Both the position numbers and the translations under genes were made by a program. Under the pieces are notes generated by a model. The model was given only the letters and a program-made list of their open reading frames with translations, made no database searches and had not been told where the DNA came from. Positions 21,227 through 33,400 of a stretch of 64,000 nucleotides of DNA are shown here, in pieces. The DNA comes from Bacillota bacterium (GTDB taxonomy: Bacteria; Bacillota; Clostridia; Ch29), in NCBI GenBank assembly GCA_040766775.1, contig JAXGPT010000007.1:1500-65499 (forward strand), in the 5' to 3' direction. Each line of letters begins with the position of its first letter. The first letter of the stretch is position 1.

Positions 21227-21601
21227 TTAATACCCCGGCCAAGCATCGAAGGCATCCTTTATCAGCCTCACCTGCTTTACTTCACTGTCCTTTATTATAA
21301 CTTCCACCACGTCAAACCTAACCTGCCGGTACGGTACTTTATGTCGCGCAATATAGGACAGCGCAATCCTGGTAAGCCTTCTTTGTTTCTCCCGGTTAAC
21401 CGCCTCGCCGGGAGTGCCGTACCTTGTGCTCTTCCTAGTTTTCACTTCCGCAAACACAAGGACCTCGCCGTCATAAGCTACAATATCCGCTTCACCCTGT
21501 TTGTCCCGGTAGTTGGCCTGGACTATCCTGTACCCTAGGTTTTCCAGGTGCCTTTTTGCGGCGTCTTCCCCCATTTTACCCGTTCGGATGCCGGAAGTCA
21601 T
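21227..21601 (-). CDS. yraN: YraN family endonuclease-like protein (UPF0102)
   Basis: GEDAAKRHLENLGY...GEADIV...FAEVKTR...RFDVVEV. Confidence 0.9.
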   Translation of the reverse strand: MTSGIRTGKMGEDAAKRHLENLGYRIVQANYRDKQGEADIVAYDGEVLVFAEVKTRKSTRYGTPGEAVNREKQRRLTRIALSYIARHKVPYRQVRFDVVEVIIKDSEVKQVRLIKDAFDAWPGY

Positions 21602-21869
21602 CCCTTCCATCCCCTTCTTTTTTGTTGAGCAGGTAAATGAACGATAAAACCTCGGCAACAATACCGTACAGTTCCGGGGGAATCTCCCTTCCAATTTCAA
21701 CTCTGCCAAGCATCCAGGCCAGGTTTTCTTCCCTGTACAGCGGTACGCCCGATTTCTCCGCAATCTCCAGTATTTTATCCGCCACAAAGCCCCGTCCGTA
21801 CGCGGTGAGCCTGGGTGCGTTATCCCCTTCGCCGTATTCTATTGAAGCCGCAACGCGCTTGTTATCCAT
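21576..21869 (-). CDS. EscU/FlhB C-terminal-like small protein (YlqH/FlhX type)
   Basis: APRLTAYGRGFVADKILEIA...IPPELYGIVAEVLSFIY. Confidence 0.88.
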   Translation of the reverse strand: MDNKRVAASIEYGEGDNAPRLTAYGRGFVADKILEIAEKSGVPLYREENLAWMLGRVEIGREIPPELYGIVAEVLSFIYLLNKKEGDGRDDFRHPNG

Positions 21870-21871
21870 GT

Positions 21872-23216
21872 TTACACCCTCAAATCCAAGAACCTTCTTA
21901 CCGTTTCCGGCCTTATGTCTTCCATCCTGCGGCAGGATATTCGGTTTACCGAAAAACCGCTTCTTTCTATGCTCTGCCTTAAATTTTCCTTTTCCTTTTC
22001 TATCAGGCTTTTGGCCTGTTCTTTCAACACAAAGAAGTTAAGGTCTACCCTTTTGTCTTTAAGCTTTATTTGGACCCTTATGCTGCCAAGGTTAGGAGGT
22101 TCGGTCTCCACCACCAGTTCCAGTTCGCTTTCCTGCTGCTTGAATTTGCCGTTCCCTTGGCTCACCCTTATCCAGCACTCGGAGATTTGCCCATCGAATA
22201 AGAAGGGAAATACAAGAAGGTTTCGATCGGAAAGCACTTCTTCCAAGAAGCGGACTCTTTCCATTAACAGTTCCGCCGCTGCCCTCTGCCGCGGTGCGGC
22301 CCTGTTGCTTTCGATTATCCCTTTAAGTAAATTTTTTAAATCAACGGGCTCAGCTTTTGACCCGGCCAGGTTTTGGGCTCCCGGCCCCTTCCTGTCTTCC
22401 CTTCGGCCCTTTGCCGCTTCCCAAAACGCCGTTTCCTCTTCAGCCTTTGGCTGTCCATTGGGCCTTTGAGTTTTATCCATGCTCTCGGGCTCTTCATAAA
22501 TGCTTTTCAACAATATGCCTGGAAATCCTTTATTTTCCCTTAAATTTTTGCTGCCAGCATAAGATTCCCGGGGTGATTTTCAGCCCGAACCTCATAAGTG
22601 TTATTATATCCTCCACCTCTACGCCGGCCAGCTCTTCCAATATAAGCATAAGCTTCTGATGCTGTGCATCCAATCCTTCAATGGAATCCGGCTGCTCTGA
22701 CCCGACCAGCCATTTTACAAGCCGGTCAATTGGCTGGTGGATTAAGTCTTCTTCCCGGGATATTTTTAGACCCTCTCCACCAGGGCACTGTTTTTTCAAA
22801 ATAAAGCTTGTACAGCGAAACCGCACTTTTTATTTCCTTTATATTTTCCGGGGCAGCCGGAAGCCTTCTTTCAAGAAGCTTGCATATAATGCCCGCATCC
22901 TCCCGGTCCGCCCGAATCCGGTACCCCGCCTCCGTGCTTTTCGAAGCATCATTTACCCCTTTTTCGTCGGTCACCACCGACAGTTCAATCCTTCCTTCCG
23001 TTATGCTTTTTACCTGAATACCATTTCTTCTCCCGCTGCAGTTCAAGTTCCGCATTAAGCCTGCCCTGATGAGCGTCCCGTCCGCAAGCAGCAGGTAAAA
23101 AGCCGGCCTTCCACCTGCAGTACCCGTGCAGCCAGCAGCTCCCCCACCTTCAGCGGCAGGGTATCCATTATTCTTTCTGTCATGAGTTCCGGGTTTATCG
23201 GGTTTAAGTTCACCAT
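21872..23216 (-). CDS. YlqG-like protein with FliK-like C-terminal domain (several frameshifts)
   Basis: Four consecutive minus-strand fragments; last has PPNLGSIRVQI...LRQSIERSGF...FLDLRV. Confidence 0.6.
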
Positions 23217-23989
23217 TACCGCCTCCGGATGTTCTGTATAAAGGTGCGCCTGTGATAAGGACACGGGCCGTACCTCAATATCGCCTCCACGTGTTCACTG
23301 GTACCGTAACCCTTGTTTTGCAAAAAATTATACACAGGATATCGTCGGTGCAGCTCTTCCATAAACCGGTCCCTTGTCACCTTTGCTATGATGCTGGCGG
23401 CTGCAACCGACAGGCATTTTTGGTCCCCCTTTACAACGCTCTGCTGGTAAAGGGAGCAGCCGGGAAGTGTCATGGCATCCAGCAGCAAGCAGTCGGGTTT
23501 TTGACCAAGGTTTTCCAAGGCTATACCAACCGCCCTATAGGTGGCCTGCAATATGTTTATCCTGTCAATCTCACAGCTGTCCACCATGCCCACCCCGTAA
23601 GCAACCGACCCGTCGATTATGCTTTGGTACAAGGCTTCCCTCCTCCGGGGGGACAGCTTTTTGGAATCGTCAACACCGGCCAGGAAAAAATCCTCCGGCA
23701 GTATAGCCGCCGCCGCGACCACCGGCCCCGCCAGCGGCCCGCGACCTGCTTCGTCAATTCCGGCGACAAGCCTGTACCCTTTCTTTTTAAGGTCCTTTTC
23801 AATTTCTCTCATTCTATTGATTCTTTCGAGTTCCGCCGCTTCTTTCTTTAACCTTCCCTGCAGGGTTTTTCCGATCCTTCTTACCCCCGCCCTGCCGTCC
23901 GAAAGCAGCTCGGGTATAAGACGGTATTGTTCCTTGGTGTTAAGCCCCTCTATGTATTGCTTTATTTCTTCTATACTCCCGTTCAGCAC
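23216..23989 (-). CDS. rnhB: ribonuclease HII
   Basis: GIDEAGRGPLAGPVVAAA, DDSKKLS, AASIIAKVTRD, KGYGT. Confidence 0.96.
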   Translation of the reverse strand: MLNGSIEEIKQYIEGLNTKEQYRLIPELLSDGRAGVRRIGKTLQGRLKKEAAELERINRMREIEKDLKKKGYRLVAGIDEAGRGPLAGPVVAAAAILPEDFFLAGVDDSKKLSPRRREALYQSIIDGSVAYGVGMVDSCEIDRINILQATYRAVGIALENLGQKPDCLLLDAMTLPGCSLYQQSVVKGDQKCLSVAAASIIAKVTRDRFMEELHRRYPVYNFLQNKGYGTSEHVEAILRYGPCPYHRRTFIQNIRRR

Positions 23990-24037
23990 CCACCTTCACC
24001 CCCCAAAATGCCGCCCTCTTTAACAAAAGCCCCTTGT

Positions 24038-24892
24038 TTACGGGGCGTCCTCCGGCAGCTCAAGCGTTACTCTACCCAGCCTGCCGCTTCTAAAGTCATC
24101 CAGCAGTATTATCGATGTTCTTAGGGTATCAATTCTCCCGCCCCTTACCATGCAGCCCCGGGCAATCCCTACCTGTTCCAGGACCCGGTAAGGGGTTTCC
24201 TCCAATTGTACAATACCATACCCGCGCTTTAAAGCCTCCCGGTCCAATCGGAAAAGCCTTTCAATAAGTTTTAGAGCCAATTCCTCCCTGTCCACAATCT
24301 CTTCCTTAATGGCCCCGGTAATGGCGAGGTTAACCCCTACTCTCTCTTCTTCGAATTTTGGCCACAAAATCCCCGGCGTATCCAATAGGTCAATCCCTTC
24401 GGTTAATTTAATCCACTGCCTGCCCCTGGTAACCCCCGGCTTGTCCCCGGTCCTTGCTGAAGCCCTCCCGGTAATCCGGTTTATCAGCGACGACTTGCCC
24501 ACGTTCGGGATACCGGCTATCATGACCCTTATACGCTTGTTCTTTCTGCCCCTTTTTTGCCACTTTTCCCGGATTATTTCTCCCCGTTCGGTTATTTCAA
24601 TCATCAACTCCCTAATTCCGCCGCCGCTTAGGGAATCAATGGCCAGGGCCGATATGGACTTGCTTTTGAAATACTCAATCCAACGACCTGTTACCCCGGG
24701 GTGGGCAAGGTCCGATTTGTTAAGGACGGTTATCCTTTTTTTGTCCGGGAGTATCCTTGCCAGTTCCGGGTTGCCGCTGCTGTACGGTATCCTGGCATCC
24801 AAAAGTTCAATGACAAAGTCCACCAGTGCCAGGTTTTCCTGTATCTCTTTAATTGTCTTCATCATATGGCCAGGAAACCACTGCATATTCAT
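24038..24892 (-). CDS. rbgA: ribosome biogenesis GTPase RbgA/YlqF
   Basis: QWFPGHM, NKSDL, GIPNVGKSSLIN, DTPGILWPK. Confidence 0.96.
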   Translation of the reverse strand: MNMQWFPGHMMKTIKEIQENLALVDFVIELLDARIPYSSGNPELARILPDKKRITVLNKSDLAHPGVTGRWIEYFKSKSISALAIDSLSGGGIRELMIEITERGEIIREKWQKRGRKNKRIRVMIAGIPNVGKSSLINRITGRASARTGDKPGVTRGRQWIKLTEGIDLLDTPGILWPKFEEERVGVNLAITGAIKEEIVDREELALKLIERLFRLDREALKRGYGIVQLEETPYRVLEQVGIARGCMVRGGRIDTLRTSIILLDDFRSGRLGRVTLELPEDAP

Positions 24893-24905
24893 TTCTTTAA
24901 CCCCT

Positions 24906-25426
24906 TCAGTCAATTATTGTTGGGGGCACAGGCCACAACCTAAAAACAGCCTCTCCCCGGATATTCTTAAGCGGTATAAACCCTACGTCGGCATACCGGC
25001 TGTCCCTGCTGTCATTTCTATTATCACCCAGTACAAACACGGTATTCGGGGGAACCACCACTTCCGGAAAGTCCCCTAGGGGTTTTTCACTGATGTAGGG
25101 CTCCTCCAGTTCGGTACCGTTCACGTACACCCTGTGGTCCTTTATCTCCACGCTGTCCCCTCCACAGCAATTACCCTCTTAATAAAAATAAGAGACGGGT
25201 CGGAGGGGTACTCAAACACTACTATGTCCCCGTGCTCCGGTTTGCCTAGTAGATATCCAATTTTATTGACCGCCAGCCGGTCGCTGTCCTTAAGAGTGGG
25301 CAGCATTGACGAACCCTCCACCAAAACCGTTTCAAACACAAATGCCTTTATGACAATGGCTATTACCACGGCTATTACAATGGATTCCAACCATTCCCTG
25401 GCCTGGCTCTTGGCACCTGAAGTCAT
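24906..25426 (-). CDS. lepB: signal peptidase I (frameshifted)
   Basis: GSSMLPTL, FIKRVIA, FVLGDNRNDSRDSR. Confidence 0.93.
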
Positions 25427-25494
25427 GGCCTACCCTCCTATTTGGATAAAGCTTTTAAACAAATTATGGACTGCCGTCAGTCCCATAATACCTG

Positions 25495-25835
25495 CTATTT
25501 TCTTTCTTTAACCCTGGCAGACTTACCCAACCTGTCCCTAAGGTAGTACAGCCTCGCCCTCCTGACTCTGCCCTTCCTAACCACTTCTATGTTATCCAGC
25601 TTGGGAGAATTCAAAAGGAATGTCCTTTCAACCCCTACTCCGTATGAAATCCTTCGTACGGTAAATGTTTCGTTGATACCGCCGTGCTGCCTCTTAATAA
25701 CGGTACCTTCAAACACCTGTATTCTTTCCCGTTTCCTTCCTTTATCTTCACATGCACCCTGACGGTGTCCCCTACCTGAAACTCGGGAATATCTTTTTTC
25801 AGTTGCCCGCTTTCCACCATTTTTATAAGGTCCAT
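25495..25835 (-). CDS. rplS: 50S ribosomal protein L19 (frameshifted)
   Basis: [18 protein letters not shown] then ERIQVFEG...GVGVERTF...[12 protein letters not shown]. Confidence 0.96.
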
Positions 25836-25851
25836 ATTGTACCTCCTTCCC

Positions 25852-25895
25852 TCCTGACGTTCGTACTGCCCGCTGCAGAATTGGACCGTCCGTTA
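25852..25895 (-). ncRNA. ribosomal protein L19 leader
   Basis: Minus strand GACGGTCC-aatt-CTGC-agcgg-GCAG-tac-GAACGTC just before the rplS RBS; extended -10 TGCTATAAT at 25904-25912. Confidence 0.7.
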
Positions 25896-25939
25896 TGCCA
25901 GCTATTATAGCACATAGTCCACGGTATAACAATAAGTTT

Positions 25940-26647
25940 TATTGTTTAGGGGTCTGTTTCCTCGGGCTTTATGTCTCTGCCGGCCAAAAGGTCCGGCCTT
26001 AAACGCCGCGCATCTCCACGGCTTTTTCCATGCGCCATTGCTCGATCTTTTATGGTTGCCCGACAGCAACACCTCCGGCACCTTCATGCCCAAAAAGTCC
26101 GCCGGTCTTGTGTACTGGGGGTACTCAAGCAGCCCGTTTGTAAAGGATTCCGTTCCAGCGAGCGGGGCTGCCAATGGCTCCCGGCAGCAGCCTTGCCACC
26201 GCATCCACTATTACCATGGCCGGCAGCTCTCCGCCGGTCAGGATATAATCGCCGATGGATATTTCTTCGTCCACCATGGTATCTATTATCCTCTGGTCGA
26301 TTCCCTCGTAGTGCCCGCATACAATGACCAGGTGGGGTTCCTTGAAAGCAGGCGGGCCTTTTCTTGCCCAAAGGGCTTTCCCGGGGACTTGTTAAAATCA
26401 CCCGGGCATCGGGGCTCTCTTCCTTTACGGACTTTATCGCGTCAGTACAGGGGTTGCGGCATCATCACCATACCCGCACCGCCGCCGTAGGGTAGTCGTC
26501 AACCCTCCTGTGCCTGTCCTTGGAAAAGTCCCTTATGTTTATTACGCCCACCCTCAGTATACCCTTTTCTATAGCTTTCCCCAGAATACTGCTTTTCAAG
26601 ACTGCATCGAACATTTCCGGGAAAAGGGTGAGTATGTCAATCTTCAC
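25940..26647 (-). CDS. trmD: tRNA m1G37 methyltransferase TrmD (several frameshifts; 3' end approximate)
   Basis: [38 protein letters not shown]. Confidence 0.93.
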
Positions 26648-27150
26648 TCCACCAACCCCTCCGGAAGCTGTACCCTTATAATTTTTTCCCGGATATTTAT
26701 CTCTTTCACCATTTCCCTTACCGCGGGTATCAGTATTTCCCCCTTTTCTCCCTTCACGACATAAATGTCATGGGCCCCGGGCGAGAGCACCTCTACCACT
26801 TCGCCGAGCATGGACCCGTCGGTTTCCAGTACTTTACAACCTATTATATCGAAAACATAGAACTGGCCCTCCTCCAATTGGGCCAGGTTGTCCCTGTCCA
26901 CCTCGAGATATTTCCCCTTGAAAGGCAGCACCGAATTCGCATCGTCGTATCCTTTAAGCTTCAGTGCTATGCTGCCTGTCTTGTAGGGCCTGTGCCTTTC
27001 CACTTCAACCCGCAGTCTTCCGGCGCCGGTATTTATATAACATTCTTCAAGGTCTTTGAAACGGTCGGGGATGTTGCTCAGCAAAAGCACCTTTATTTCC
27101 CCCTTTATTCCAAGCGTATTTGCAATGTACCCAATTTTAAAATATTCCAT
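26644..27150 (-). CDS. rimM: ribosome maturation factor RimM
   Basis: [31 protein letters not shown]. Confidence 0.95.
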   Translation of the reverse strand: MEYFKIGYIANTLGIKGEIKVLLLSNIPDRFKDLEECYINTGAGRLRVEVERHRPYKTGSIALKLKGYDDANSVLPFKGKYLEVDRDNLAQLEEGQFYVFDIIGCKVLETDGSMLGEVVEVLSPGAHDIYVVKGEKGEILIPAVREMVKEINIREKIIRVQLPEGLVE

Positions 27151-27202
27151 ACCGACACCACCTGGGTAACCCGGAACATCCGGTCCGCTCACCTTTTCCG
27201 CC

Positions 27203-27433
27203 CTACTCTATTATTTCCACCACTACCCTTTTATCCTGTTTTACCGCCGAGGCCTTGACTATTGTTCTTATAGCCTTTGCGATCCTTCCATGCTTGCCTA
27301 TAACCTTCCCCATGTCTTCGGGGTCTACTTTAAGCTCCACAATTATTGATTTTTCTCCGTCCACCTGTCTTACCTCCACGCGTTCCGGGTGGTCAACAAG
27401 GGACCGGGCGATAAACTCAACCAATTCCTTCAT
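27203..27433 (-). CDS. khpA: KH-domain RNA-binding protein KhpA
   Basis: DMGKVIGKHGRIAKAIRT. Confidence 0.95.
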   Translation of the reverse strand: MKELVEFIARSLVDHPERVEVRQVDGEKSIIVELKVDPEDMGKVIGKHGRIAKAIRTIVKASAVKQDKRVVVEIIE

Positions 27434-27447
27434 TACCGCACCTCCAG

Positions 27448-27720
27448 TTACTCCTCATTGCTTACCTCTTCGAGGTTTTGGTAAACCCCCTCGGACTTGA
27501 ACAATGCTTTTACGGTGTCCGAGGGCTTTGCACCCCTTTTCAGCCACTGTGCCGCCTTCTCATGGTCTATTTTTATCTCCCTGGGCTGGGATATTGGGTT
27601 GTAGTAACCAATCTCCTCTATGAATCTCCCGTCCCTGGGGGCTCTTGAATCCGCCACCACAATCCTGTAAAAGGGTCTTTTCTTGGCTCCCATTCTTCTA
27701 AGCCTTATCTTGACTGCCAT
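27448..27720 (-). CDS. rpsP: 30S ribosomal protein S16
   Basis: [31 protein letters not shown]. Confidence 0.98.
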   Translation of the reverse strand: MAVKIRLRRMGAKKRPFYRIVVADSRAPRDGRFIEEIGYYNPISQPREIKIDHEKAAQWLKRGAKPSDTVKALFKSEGVYQNLEEVSNEE

Positions 27721-27764
27721 TTTCTCACCTCCCCGTCGTCACGAATGCATGATGTTTCCTTTAT

Positions 27765-29104
27765 TTATATGAAAGGGAAACCGGGCTTTCCTTTCCTTGG
27801 GCCCTTCCCCATTTCAGCGAGCTGTCTCATCAGTTTCCTGGTCTGTTCATATTGTTTTAAAAGCCTGTTTACCTGCTGTATGGTGGTGCCGCTGCCGGCG
27901 GCTATCCTCCTTCTCCTGCTCCCGTTTAGCATGGACGGGTCCCTTCTTTCCTCCGGCGTCATTGAACTAATAATTGCCTCCACCCTGGCCAATTCCCTAT
28001 CGTCCACTTCCACCGGTCCCATCTTTTCCCTTTTATGCCGGGTATCATATCCATTATCCTGTCTATCGGTCCCATATTCCTTACCTGGTTCAGTTGCTCT
28101 AAGAAATCCTCCAGTGTAAACTGCTGGCTCTTAATCTTACGGGTAAGCTCGGCGGCTTTTTTTTGGTCAAAGGATTCCTGGGCCTTTTCTATAAGGGTCA
28201 GAACATCTCCCATGCCCAGGATGCGGGATGCCATGCGATCGGGGTAGAACAGTTCAATGTCCTCCACCTTTTCCCCGGTACCGGCAAACTTTATCGGTTT
28301 ACCGGTAACCGCCTTGACAGAAATGGCCGCCCCTCCACGGGTGTCCCCGTCCAGCTTGGTGAGTATCACTCCGTCTATGCCTATTCTCCGGTTAAAGTTT
28401 TCCGCCACGTTTACCGCGTCCTGGCCTGTCATGGCATCCACCACCAGCAGTACCTGGTCCGGCTTTGCCTGGGCCTTCATTTCCTCCAGCTCAAGCATAA
28501 GCTCATCATCCACGTGAAGCCTGCCGGCGGTATCGAGGATTACCACATCCCTGCCGTTTTTTTTGGCCTCCGAAACACCCGCCGTTGCTATATCCGAGGG
28601 CTTGGCCTTATCCCCCATTGAAAAAACCGGTATACCGGCCTTATCGCCCACAACGTGAAGCTGTTTAATCGCCGCCGGTCGGTACACGTCACAGGCCACC
28701 AGCAGCGGATGTTTCCCGTAGTGTTTCTCCAGGTACTTTGCAATCTTGGCTGCGGCGGTGGTTTTACCCGCCCCCTGCAGTCCCACCAGCATAATGACGG
28801 TGACACCGGAGGGAGAAAACACAACCTTGCTGGGGGTATTTCCCATAAGTTCAATTAGCTCTTCCCTTACTATCTTTATAAGCTGCTGGCCGGGGGTAAG
28901 ACTGTCCATTACTTCACTGCCCCCCGCCCTGTCGGTGACCTTTTTTATGAAGTCCTTAACCACCAGGAAATTGACGTCCGCCTCCAGCAGGGCCAGTTTT
29001 ACTTCCCTCATGCCCTCCTTGACGTCCTTTTCGGACAGCTTTCCCTTGCCTCTAAGTTTTTTGAAGGTATGCTGCAGCTTTTCGGTTAATCCCTCAAAGG
29101 CCAT
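27765..29104 (-). CDS. ffh: signal recognition particle protein Ffh (frameshift near 3' end)
   Basis: [26 protein letters not shown]; M-domain [10 protein letters not shown]...[11 protein letters not shown]. Confidence 0.96.
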
Positions 29105-29109
29105 GAGCC

Positions 29110-29477
29110 CTAACCTCCCGTTGCCGTTTGGATAAATTCCCTTATCTCCCGGAGTTTTTCAATAATTTTCTCTTTGCCCTGTTCCCTTTCCAGGGCTCCC
29201 ATTATATTGTCAAGATTTCCCAAAATTTTTGTCTTTTTTTCCGAATCCGTCCTGAACCTTTTTACAAGCCCCAGCCTGTCCTCCATGCCCCTTGCTCGCG
29301 TTTTCGCCCTTTTCAGGTTATCAAACACCGCCTCGCCTGCTGGTGCTTAAAAGCTCCCCTATTTCACCCAGTGAATAGTCTCATATAATAAAGGTCCATT
29401 ATCTCCTGCTGCCGCGGTGTCAATATCCCGCCATAAAAATCGTATAAAAGCGCCATTTCTACGAACTCTTCATTCAT
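29110..29477 (-). CDS. ylxM: YlxM family HTH protein (frameshifted)
   Basis: Manual translation [31 protein letters not shown]; between ftsY and ffh. Confidence 0.9.
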
Positions 29478-29523
29478 ATATCCATCATAATACGCCTGTA
29501 AAGGCATTATGCTTTACAGGCGT

Positions 29524-29552
29524 ATTTTATATTATTATTATGCTCCTGTCAA
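29524..29552 (-). promoter_or_regulatory. SigA promoter of ylxM-ffh
   Basis: Minus strand TTGACA-N17-TAAAAT. Confidence 0.8.
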
Positions 29553-29559
29553 CAATAAA

Positions 29560-30479
29560 TCATCCCAATATTGCATCCACGAAAATCTCCCCGTCAAAGG
29601 GCTGCAGGTCTTCGATTCCTTCCCCGATACCAACATATTTTACAGGAACCCCCAGTTCCCTGCCTATGGCAAACACTATCCCTCCCTTTGCGGTGCCGTC
29701 CAACTTGGTAAGTATTATGCCGGTTATGTCGGTAATCTCCTTGAAGGTCTTGGCCTGCGCAAGGGCGTTTTGCCCCGTTGTGGCATCCAGAACCAGGTAT
29801 GTCTCTACCCTGTACCCTTCCGCCTCCCTGTTTATTATCCTTTTTACCTTTTTAAGTTCCTCCATAAGGTTCTTTATTGTGCAGCCTCCCGGCGGTGTCA
29901 ATGATAAGCACGTCCGCCTTCCTTGCCTTGAACGCACCCAGCGCATCAAACACCACCGCACCGGGGTCGGAACCCTCGCTGTGTTTTATTACGTCCGCCC
30001 CGGCCCTTTGCCCCCAGACTTGCAGCTGCTCGATTGCCGCTGCTCTGAAAGTGTCTGCGGCGGCGGCCAGAACTTTTTTGCCCTTGGACTTGTAGAGGGC
30101 CGCCATTTTGCCTATGGTGGTGGTTTTACCCACTCCGTTTACTCCCACCACCAGTATTATCACGGGAACGTCTTCACTGTCGGCAGATAGGTCATCTCTT
30201 TCCAGCATTTCCTTAAGTATTTTTTTAAGTTCTTCTTTTATCTTTTCCCCGGTTATGCTCTTGTCTCGCCTCATTCTCTCGCCCAGCGTATTTATCACCT
30301 CAAGGCTGGTATCCACCCCGGCATCGGCGGTGATAAGCACCTCTTCCAACCTCCAGCATTTCCGGGCTGGGTTTGTTGCCCAGGGCCAAGATACCGTCCA
30401 CCTTTTTCCTAATATCCTCCCTGCTCTTTACAAGTCCCTGCATGAGCCTTGATAGAAGTCCGGGATGTTTATCCTGCAT
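29560..30479 (-). CDS. ftsY: SRP receptor FtsY (frameshifted)
   Basis: [39 protein letters not shown]. Confidence 0.95.
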
Positions 30480-30492
30480 ATCTTTCTCCTCC

Positions 30493-33400
30493 TTAACTGA
30501 CCATGTCCTCCAGTCTTACCGATACCAGTTTCGAAATTCCCTTTTCCTGCATTGTAACCCCGTAAAGGTTGTTGGCTATTTCAATTGTCCCCTTCCTGTG
30601 GGTAATTAATATGAACTGTATGTCTTCGGAAAGCTTTTTCAGGAATTCGCCGAACCTCTCCACGTTGGCATCGTCAAGGGCGGCTTCTATTTCGTCCAGT
30701 ATGCAAAAAGGCGACGGCTTAACCGAGAGTATCGCAAACAACAGCGCAATCGCCGTCAGTGCCTTTTCTCCCCCCGACAGCAGCGATATTTGCTGCAGCT
30801 TTTTGCCCGGCGGCTGTGCTATTATATCAATTCCCGATTCCAGTATGTTGGCCTGGTCGGACAGCAGTACCTGGGCCCTCCCGCCGCCGAACAAGTCCCT
30901 GAAGACCCTGTTGAAACTCTCGTTTATTACTTGGAATTGTTCGGCGAACTGTTTCTTCATTGTATCCATCATCTCTTTTATTATCCTATTCAGGGAATCT
31001 CTGGCCTCCTCCAGGTCCCTTTTTTGGGAATTCAAAAAGTCAAACCTTTCCTTAACCCTGGCATACTCTTCAATGGCGTTAATATTCACATTGCCCAGTT
31101 CCTTAATATTTGCTTTTAGCTCAATAATCCTGCTGCGTGCCGCTTTCTCGTCCTTTATATCGCACTTGTAGTCAAGGGCATGGATGCGGGTTACCTCGTA
31201 CTCCTCCCACATCCTGTCATGAAGGTTTCCTATCTCCATATCCACCTTGGTAAGCTGTACTTCATACCTGTGAAGCCTTTTTTCCAGCTCGGAAATTTCC
31301 TTATTAATTTCTTTAACCGCCTGTTCCTTTTCTTTCATTTTCTGCTGGCATTCGGACTTTGTTTGCTGTAGTTTTGTCATTTCCCCGTTGTACCTGTTTT
31401 TTTCCCCGACCAGTACTTCGATTTCCTGTCTCAGCGCCGATATCCCATCCTCCAGCTTCTCAATGTTTTTCCTGTTTATCTCTATCTCCTTTTCCCGGTC
31501 TATAACCGACATGCGGGCCTTTTGCAGCATCGAAACCGCCCTCTGGAACCCCGATTGCACGTCCTCAAGTTTTTGGGCGATTCTTGCCGTGTCCACCCTG
31601 TGGGCTGTTATCTGCTGCATGATGTTATCCCGGTCCTGTTTTTTCTCGGAGCTTATCCGTTGCAAATTTCTTATTTGCTCTTCCATTTGCTTGTTCTCGT
31701 TCTCTTTATCTTTTATATTTATCAGTATTTTCTCAATTTGCTGCTGGGTTTCATAATACTCGGATTCCAGTGTAAGCTTCTCGGATTCAAACTGCAGTTT
31801 TTTAGCTTCCCTGTCCTCCAGGTCCTTTGCCTTTGCTTCCAACATCTCGGTTATCCTAATCCTTTGCAGTTCAAGCTGGTGATATGCATCCGCCATATCC
31901 TGTATCCTCAGCTCTATATCCCGTTCCTTTTCGCCCAGTTCCCTTATTGAACGGTCCAGCCGCACGGTTTCATCCGCCTTGCTGTCCAGTTCACCTTGCA
32001 GCGATTGGATTTCCGCTTTTCTCTGCAACAGCCCCGCCTCTTTGCTGTAGCTGCTTCCCCCTGTCATGGAACCCCCGACGTTTATCAGGTCCCCATCGGT
32101 GGTTACTATCCTGAACCCGTATCCGAAGGCCCTCGCCATTTTTATACCACTGTCAAGGTCATCCACAACCACTACCCTTCCCAGCAGGTTGTCAATAATG
32201 TTACTAATCCTGTCCGGGCAGCTTACAAGGGATGACGCCCTTCCGATACACCCTTCCATACCAAGGGCCTTTTCCTCGTCCCTATTCAAGTTTCTTGGCT
32301 TTATTGAGCTTATAGGCAAAAAGGTGGCCCGTCCCAGATTGTTGCGTTTAAGGTAGCCTATCGCTGTTTTTGCATCCTCCTCGGTGTTTGTCACAATGCT
32401 CTGCAGGTTATAACCCAGGGCTGTTTCTATCGCCCTCTCCAGTCCCGGCCGGACAGTAATCAGCTTTGCAACAGCCCCCACTAGTCCCTTTTTAAGGACC
32501 TTTCCCCGGTCACACGCTTCCAGCAGCGACTTTACGCTCCTTGAATATCCCTCGTACTCCCTTTCCATCTGCTGTAGCAGGGCCAGTTTGGACCTATTTA
32601 TTCCGAGTTCTTCCCTTAGGTTTTTTAGTTTTTGCTCCAACTGCAGCCGCCGGCTCCTTAAACCGTTCAGCTTGTTAACCAGGCCGCTCCGATGCCGGGA
32701 ATTATCTGCCAGCTGTTTTTCCAGGCCATCCAGCGTTCTTTTTAGGTCATCCTGTTCCGCCTTTAGAAGCCCAATCCTGTCGTCTACGTTTTGCATTTCC
32801 TCCAGCAGCTGAGCTTTTCGCATATAAATGGTTTTGTTCAGCGTTTTCAGGCTGTTTGCATTACTGTTTAGCTCGGAAATACGGTTTAGGTTCTCGATTA
32901 TACCCGTTTTTATCTCCTCTACCTTTGCCTCGTCTTTTCCCACCTGCGCCCCAATGCTGTCCAGGTTGGCCTGGAAGGTATCAATTATCTGTTTCTTTTC
33001 CTCCAGGTCCTTTTTCAGGTCCTGCATCTCCTGCATTCTTTTTTGTTTTTCTTCCTCCAGCGCGGCGGTTTCATTTTTCGTTTCGGCAATTTCCGCCTTG
33101 TGCCTTTCAATATTCTCCTTTTCTCCCTGTATCCTCTGTTTTAGTACCTTAATTTCGCCTTCCTTTTTTTCAGCCAGGTTGAGGCTTCTGAACACCCTCT
33201 CCTGGACTTCCTTAAGTTCCTCCTCCAACTGCTGTATTTTTGTTTCAAGGCTTGAGAACTCCGTTTCCAGCCGGTTAACCATATTGCTTTTATTGTAAAC
33301 CTGTTTCCGGCATTCTTTTATCTTCTCCTGTATGCCGGTTTTTTGCCTGTTAAGCTTTTCAAGACTGTCTATAAAAAGGCTCAGCTCAAGCTTTTTGAGT

